A stretch of DNA of 60,617 bases, the filler included, from a candidate division TA06 bacterium SM23_40 (GTDB taxonomy: Bacteria; LJUI01; SM1-40), in the NCBI GenBank assembly GCA_001303705.1. It is 6 parts of 6 records of this genome, joined end to end, with 100 filler letters (N's around TTAATTAATTAA, not from the genome) between each part and the next. Parts side by side here need not be neighbours in the genome. Positions count along the whole stretch, not along the records: positions 53,369 to 60,617 come from LJUI01000132.1; 5 more parts are not named here. One strand, given 5' to 3'. Numbering within the stretch: the first letter of the stretch is position 1; each line of letters begins with the position of its first letter. The position numbers and the translations under genes are program-made. Positions 54,952 to 60,617 of this stretch are shown piece after piece. The notes below the pieces were generated by a model. It saw only the letters and a list, made by a program, of their open reading frames with translations. It was not told the origin of the DNA and searched no databases.

Positions 54952-57534
54952 TCAGTCGACGAACTCGGGGGGAGGCGGATAGAAGACTGACCAGGGTACT
55001 ACAGATTCTTCTCCCTCCGGGGGTATCCACCAGAGCCGCATCGTGGGATAGCTCCCCACCGACGCGAGTCGCATCCGGATCTGGTGCCGACCCGCCGTCA
55101 GCTCCTTCATCCCTTCGACCCGTTCCCCTGGATAGGAGGCCTCTCCAAGGAGCTGTTCTCCGTCGATCCAGAGCTGACCGACATCGATAGCCTCCACTTT
55201 GAACCGATACTCACCGGGGCGCTCAATGTCGATCTCCCCGATCCATTCCACCCGGAACGGCCCGCGGGGCATAAACGGAGGGATATGCCAGTAGAAGTAG
55301 ATCTCCGGATCGACGCGCCGATACCCTGGCTCACCCTCCGGCTCCTCCTCCCAACTAGCGTCTTGCCAGTACGTACCGAGCAATCCATGACCGAAGGAAC
55401 GGACGAAAAACTGATCCACCGGGATTCCTCCCCTGTCGCCGCGCACGTCCTCCCACACAACTTCGATCTCATCCTCAGCCCCGATCCTCGGGCTTCTCGC
55501 GACGAACGAGTACGTGCCGCGAGCAAGCAGCACCCCCCTGCCGAGCCGCGGTCCGCGCGGGGAGGCGAATCCCCAATAGACCTCCCGCCCTCCCACGGTG
55601 ATCGAGACAGGGATAGTGGAGCGCGCCCCGAACGCGTATCGTCCATCCTCCCTGATGACGATCGATCCCTCCCACCGTCCCCGGTACTCACGGTCAGCCG
55701 ACAGACCTGCTGGTATCTCCACTCCGGGGGTGCGTTTGACAAGCGCCTCTTCTCCCTCGCTCCGATCGCGCGGAGTGCACGTCGCCACCAGCCCCTGCGA
55801 ACCGATAACCTGATCGCGGCTCACTTCGAATGCAACGTACAGCGGTCTTTCGAATGGATCCCTGAATTCCTGCCCCCTGCCCTCCGGGTAGTACGCCTCG
55901 AGGAGCGAGCGGTAGGTCGGCACCGGCGGGAACAGAAACAGGAACTCCTCCTTTCCCGCCACTTGGATCACATCTTGAGTCAAGGGAAGATCGGCGGTCC
56001 TGAACGGCAGATACTCTGCACCCTCGCCGGCCTCGAACCTGATGACAGGATAGCCCCAATATGACGCATCGACGAAGACCGATGCCCGGTCGATGCTCCT
56101 CTTCACGTGCCTGCCCACTCCGGTTTCCCCCAGGTCGAAGCTCTCCCACACACGGGGACTCGTCGCCTGCTTGCGAAAGTACGCGTCGACATTCAGGGCG
56201 GCGATCCCGAGGAGGAGGGCGACCGGCACGGCTATTCCGATGATTCTCGAGATCGACCCCCTGCCCCGTCGCATGAACTGGCCGAAGCGCGCTATCGACA
56301 ATCCCACACAGAGCGCAAGTGCAGGGATCGTGCCCGAGTTGCGCAGCGCCTGCGGCGCCTCGATCGACAGGATGCCCGGCAGCAGCATGACCCCGAACCA
56401 CAATAGGAAGAGGAACGCTGCCCGCTCGTGGATCCGTCGGACAAGGAGCAGGACGCCCAGAAGCATGAGTCCGGCAGAGATGTCATCCAGCATCGGCGCA
56501 TCGGGGAGATTGTGGCGTCCGTTGCCGTCGCCCCTCAGGTTGAACATGCGGAGGGTCATCTTCACGTTCTCCCAGAGGGCGGGAAGGAATTGATCTCCCG
56601 GTACATGGCTTCCCAGATAGACCTGACCGGTTCGGAACATGAATATGTCCCAGTGGGTCGCCGCGTACAGCCCCAGTGGCGCGACGACGATGAGTGCGAC
56701 GGCCGCGCCGGTGACAACGGCAGGCATATGTGCGCGCAGTCTCCTCCACTCCACGACCGCCTCGCGGAGCAGAACGCCGGCAATCGCTGCCGGGATGAGG
56801 CGGAAGGCCATGTACGTATAGAGCCCCAGTCCAAGGAAGGCGCCGCCCAGGACGAAGTCGCGTCTCTTCCAGTATTCGAGCGCGACGAAGAGGAAGAGGA
56901 AGACGAATACCGCAAACAGTATGGCGAGGACCGCATCGTACCCGACGCGGCTGAAGGTAATGTGCCACCGCGACACGGCCAGCACGAACGAGGCGGCAAG
57001 ACCGGTCGCAGGCCCGAATCCCGCTCGCGCGAGGAAATAGAAGGGGATGATCGAGAGTGCTCCCACGATGGCGGAGACGACCCGGATCGACCATGTGCTC
57101 ACGCCCAGCAACCGAAACGCGAGTGCGATGAAGTAGAAGTGCAGCGTCGCCTTCCCGTTCCCGACTTCAGTGTAGACAGGGAACCATCCGCCCTGCAGCA
57201 GCCTCTGGGCAAGGAGTCCGTTATCAGCCTCATCGATGTGGCAGCCGGGCGGGAAGTCGCGGAGCCCGTACAGCCGGAGCCCAAGCGCAATGACCACGAT
57301 GGCGAGAAGGATGAGCAGCTCCCCTGCAGGGGGTCTCATCCGGCGAGGCAGATCGCGCCGCCCTGACCGCCACGTGCGTGCACCGCCTGCCGGCAGGGCG
57401 AAGCTCGCCAGAAGACCGACTCCGATCAACCACATGCCGACTATCAGCGGCCCGCCGGCGGCAAAACGACTGCGCAGCACCACCTGACCGGCGATGACCG
57501 CACTCAATCCTAAGAGGACGACAGCTCTCTTCAT
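54952..57534 (-). CDS. GT-C glycosyltransferase (PMT/ArnT-like) with C-terminal PA14-like domains
   Basis: LRLYGL..PPGCHIDEA; WHITFSR; GLYTY; many TM helices; GLLGTYW..F.VEWIGEIDIERPGEYRF..LWIDG..LTAGRHQI..LWWIPP. Confidence 0.88.
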   Translation of the reverse strand: MKRAVVLLGLSAVIAGQVVLRSRFAAGGPLIVGMWLIGVGLLASFALPAGGARTWRSGRRDLPRRMRPPAGELLILLAIVVIALGLRLYGLRDFPPGCHIDEADNGLLAQRLLQGGWFPVYTEVGNGKATLHFYFIALAFRLLGVSTWSIRVVSAIVGALSIIPFYFLARAGFGPATGLAASFVLAVSRWHITFSRVGYDAVLAILFAVFVFLFLFVALEYWKRRDFVLGGAFLGLGLYTYMAFRLIPAAIAGVLLREAVVEWRRLRAHMPAVVTGAAVALIVVAPLGLYAATHWDIFMFRTGQVYLGSHVPGDQFLPALWENVKMTLRMFNLRGDGNGRHNLPDAPMLDDISAGLMLLGVLLLVRRIHERAAFLFLLWFGVMLLPGILSIEAPQALRNSGTIPALALCVGLSIARFGQFMRRGRGSISRIIGIAVPVALLLGIAALNVDAYFRKQATSPRVWESFDLGETGVGRHVKRSIDRASVFVDASYWGYPVIRFEAGEGAEYLPFRTADLPLTQDVIQVAGKEEFLFLFPPVPTYRSLLEAYYPEGRGQEFRDPFERPLYVAFEVSRDQVIGSQGLVATCTPRDRSEGEEALVKRTPGVEIPAGLSADREYRGRWEGSIVIREDGRYAFGARSTIPVSITVGGREVYWGFASPRGPRLGRGVLLARGTYSFVARSPRIGAEDEIEVVWEDVRGDRGGIPVDQFFVRSFGHGLLGTYWQDASWEEEPEGEPGYRRVDPEIYFYWHIPPFMPRGPFRVEWIGEIDIERPGEYRFKVEAIDVGQLWIDGEQLLGEASYPGERVEGMKELTAGRHQIRMRLASVGSYPTMRLWWIPPEGEESVVPWSVFYPPPPEFVD

Positions 57535-57551
57535 CGACTACACCCTACATT

Positions 57552-57583
57552 ACGAGATAATGCCAACACGAGATAAAGCCAAC
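57552..57583. repeat. 16-bp direct repeat just upstream of the GT-C gene (possible operator)
   Basis: ACGAGATAATGCCAAC ACGAGATAAAGCCAAC. Confidence 0.5.
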
Positions 57584-57689
57584 GACATCAGATCGCAACG
57601 CCTTCGAGGGATGCTCCCTCCCCCGGCGTGCTCGTTCTATTGCCCGCTCTCTTGCTGTCTCAGCCCCTCCATCCCTCGCGCCCACACTC

Positions 57690-58100
<411 letters not shown>

Positions 58101-58147
58101 GATAGCCTGGTTTCGCGAAGAATGCCACCGCAGGCGATGAAATCTGC

Positions 58148-60617
58148 TCATTCCTCGCCCACGACGTCTGCCAGGTCGAAGACCTGCACCCGGTTGTTCA
58201 TCACATCTGTGACGTACAGGCGGCCATCATCGCCCACGGCAACGCCTATCGGCGTATCGAACTGGCCGGGGCCTCCACCATAGTCTCCGAGCACGAACCG
58301 GTATTCGCCCCGCCCATCGAGGACCAGGATCCGGTGGCGGGATGGATCCGTCACGTACACATTCCCCTGCCCATCCGTATCGAGATACGGTTCGCGAAAC
58401 GGCTCCCCTTCCTCCCCCCATCCGGGCACCGCCCACTCCCTGAGGAACCGTCCCGCCGTATCGAACACCTGGAGGCGGTGGTTCCCGGTGTCGGCGATCC
58501 ATATGTGTCCCCAGGCGTCGAACGCAATCCCCACAGGCTCCACAAACTGGCCGGGCACCCATCCCTTCTCGCCCCACTCGGCCACCCGCGTGCCGTCCCG
58601 ATCAAAGACGACAACGCGGTGCATACCCGTATCGGTGACGTATATCCTGCCCCACGGCCCGACCGCAACGCCGCGAGGCCCCCAGAACCCGCGCTCTCCC
58701 GGATCGAAGACCCGCACCAACTCTCCATCGCCGCTGAAGACCTGGACGCGGTGGTTCCAGGTATCGGCCACATAGACGAGTCCGTCGCGCCCGACCGCGA
58801 TCCCGCACGGCTCATTGAAAGAACCTGGCTCTTCGCCTGACCCTCCCCAGTTGTCGATGAGCCGTCCCGTCGCCGCGAGGACGACGATGCGATCATTTCC
58901 TGTATCAGCGATGTATAGACGCCCATCACCATCGACGGCTACATCTCTCGGCTCCCTCAGCCCGAGGTCTTCACCGCTCCAATGGACTGCCGCCTCACCT
59001 TCTCCTGACGGGCCGCCTTCTCTTGACACATCGATCTCGTGGGGATGCTCCTGCCCCCAGACGGCAAGCGGCAACACGATCTCAGATTGCGGGAGGAGTG
59101 CTTCGCCCGAGGCGCCGCCCACCAGCGAGGGCAGGGAGACGAGCCGTTCCTGCTGGGCCGCGAGATCCCGCCGAACGTACAGCAGCACGTCGTATGAACC
59201 GAGGGGAGAGAGCGGCTCTCGATAGAAGTAGAACCGCCACAGTCTCCTCAGAGACCGATCCTCTACAGTCGAGTTCCACCATTCGCGCAGCTTGTACCGT
59301 TCGGCGATGTAGCGCCTCCCGAGCACACGGTTCACCGCCTCGCGGTTCTCCCACGCGGCGATGATGACGGGAGCCCCTGACTGGGTGATCTCCACCGGAT
59401 ACGAGATATGGGTGCGCTTCCGGAGGTACCAGCAGAGCGGCCACGTACAGTCATCCTCGATAACGATCTCGAGCTCATTTCCCGCTCCGAGGCGAGACGA
59501 TATCTCGTCGACACGGGCGACGATCGACCTCACCTGACGGCTCGTCTGCACGTATATGAGCGGCTCAACAGGGTCCGGGTCGTGTTCGAAATTGAGCTGG
59601 ATATCTGTCCTCAGACTCCAGAGCGCCCCCAGAGAGATCGCCACGAGCGCCACGCTCCGTCCGCGCGCACCGGCAATACGCGAGAGGAGCACAGTGGAAA
59701 ATGCTGCGGCGAGGAGTGTGAGCGGGAGCAGTATGTGGAGTATCAGCCACGGCACCTTCTCCCCCGCATAGGAGTACGCAAGAAAGCTCGCCACTGTCCA
59801 GTAAATGAGAAAGGTCGTGAGACGGCGGCGCCTCAGGAGGAAGTAGACCAGGCCCGCGAGGCCGAGGATGACGATCGGCAGCTCATAGATCCCGAGCAGC
59901 GGGACATAGTAGAAGAACGGTCCTCCGATCCGTTCGATGCGGTGCTGACCGATCCAGTATCTGAGCGAACCAAATATCCCTTCCCACAACCCGCCGGGAT
60001 TGGTGAACCACGACGTGTAGAACGTAACGTAGATGACGACGAAGATGGCCGCCGACCGGAGAAGTGTGAGGCGATGGCGCCGCAGGAACAGGCGCGCCGG
60101 CTCCAGGCGCGGTCCGCCGATCACCCATCCGGCGACCAGATAGAGTGCAAACATCCCGACGGTGATGTAACTATTCTCCATCGCAGTGAATGAGAGTGCG
60201 ACGCTGGCAGCAGCAAGGTACATATAGCGCGGCTTCTCATCCTGTCGGAAGAGGAGCACGGCGAGGACAAAGAGGAATGTGAAGACGACGACATAGATGT
60301 CGTCCCTCAGGAAACGTGAATAGTAGGTGAAGCTGGGAGAGACTGCCACGAGAAGGGCGCCGACGAGAGCACCGCCGGCTCCGATCCAGCGGCGGAGCGC
60401 GCCGAACAAAGCCACCAGGGCGACACCGAAGAGTGCGGGGACCACTCTCGACAATGCATCCCCTGATCCGAAGAGGAAGTAGACGAAAGCATTTACATAG
60501 TAGCGAAGCGGCCCGTGGTACGCCGGATCGTACCGATACGGTCCGCCGAGATAGAGGTCATACGCCGTCATGGCGTGGATAGCTTCGTCATGATGCAGGG
60601 GACGGGAGCCGAGAAAT
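58148..60617 (-). CDS. TIGR03663/Agl23-like GT-C membrane protein fused to NHL repeats (5' end beyond the window)
   Basis: Frame stays open to the window edge (LGSRPLHHDEAIHA); YRYDPAYHGP; YYSRFLRDD; GEKVPWL; YVQT; WPLCWYLR; six NHL repeats (YVADTWNHRVQVF). Confidence 0.9.
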   Translation of the reverse strand, partial: FLGSRPLHHDEAIHAMTAYDLYLGGPYRYDPAYHGPLRYYVNAFVYFLFGSGDALSRVVPALFGVALVALFGALRRWIGAGGALVGALLVAVSPSFTYYSRFLRDDIYVVVFTFLFVLAVLLFRQDEKPRYMYLAAASVALSFTAMENSYITVGMFALYLVAGWVIGGPRLEPARLFLRRHRLTLLRSAAIFVVIYVTFYTSWFTNPGGLWEGIFGSLRYWIGQHRIERIGGPFFYYVPLLGIYELPIVILGLAGLVYFLLRRRRLTTFLIYWTVASFLAYSYAGEKVPWLILHILLPLTLLAAAFSTVLLSRIAGARGRSVALVAISLGALWSLRTDIQLNFEHDPDPVEPLIYVQTSRQVRSIVARVDEISSRLGAGNELEIVIEDDCTWPLCWYLRKRTHISYPVEITQSGAPVIIAAWENREAVNRVLGRRYIAERYKLREWWNSTVEDRSLRRLWRFYFYREPLSPLGSYDVLLYVRRDLAAQQERLVSLPSLVGGASGEALLPQSEIVLPLAVWGQEHPHEIDVSREGGPSGEGEAAVHWSGEDLGLREPRDVAVDGDGRLYIADTGNDRIVVLAATGRLIDNWGGSGEEPGSFNEPCGIAVGRDGLVYVADTWNHRVQVFSGDGELVRVFDPGERGFWGPRGVAVGPWGRIYVTDTGMHRVVVFDRDGTRVAEWGEKGWVPGQFVEPVGIAFDAWGHIWIADTGNHRLQVFDTAGRFLREWAVPGWGEEGEPFREPYLDTDGQGNVYVTDPSRHRILVLDGRGEYRFVLGDYGGGPGQFDTPIGVAVGDDGRLYVTDVMNNRVQVFDLADVVGEE

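Overview
High-GC bacterial sequence made of six separate contigs joined by artificial 100-nt linkers (N44-TTAATTAATTAA-N44 at 7352-7451, 14768-14867, 38520-38619, 45906-46005, 53269-53368), so adjacency across linkers is not biological. The gene content (Omp85, Wzi, ExbB/ExbD/TonB-dependent receptor, secreted proteins with T9SS-like C-termini) points to a diderm, probably a deep-branching FCB-related uncultured lineage (inference). Most genes are housekeeping or envelope genes: uppP, nth, priA, a DinG-like helicase, rsmA, secDF, a cyclophilin, ABC and DASS transporters, an ECF sigma/anti-sigma pair and GT-C glycosyltransferases. The strongest novel signal is 10716-12083(-). It is a full-length class I (archaeal-type) HMG-CoA reductase-fold protein with its own sigma70 promoter. 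All four catalytic residues and the NADPH motif are replaced, and a putative zinc ribbon is inserted, which suggests a repurposed enzyme or pseudoenzyme. Other notable items: a DGGGP-synthase-like UbiA gene, a stand-alone 98-aa orphan with a sigma54-type promoter, a GAF-PAS-HisKA-REC protein with no ATPase domain, a roadblock-like gene followed by two small membrane-protein genes, a TonB-receptor-linked secreted paralog family, a degenerate tRNA-Asn, an IS1202-like end, a duplicated gene 3' end bracketing a REP-like array, several tandem-repeat arrays and a eukaryote-style compound microsatellite. All family calls come from motif recognition by eye; no searches were run.
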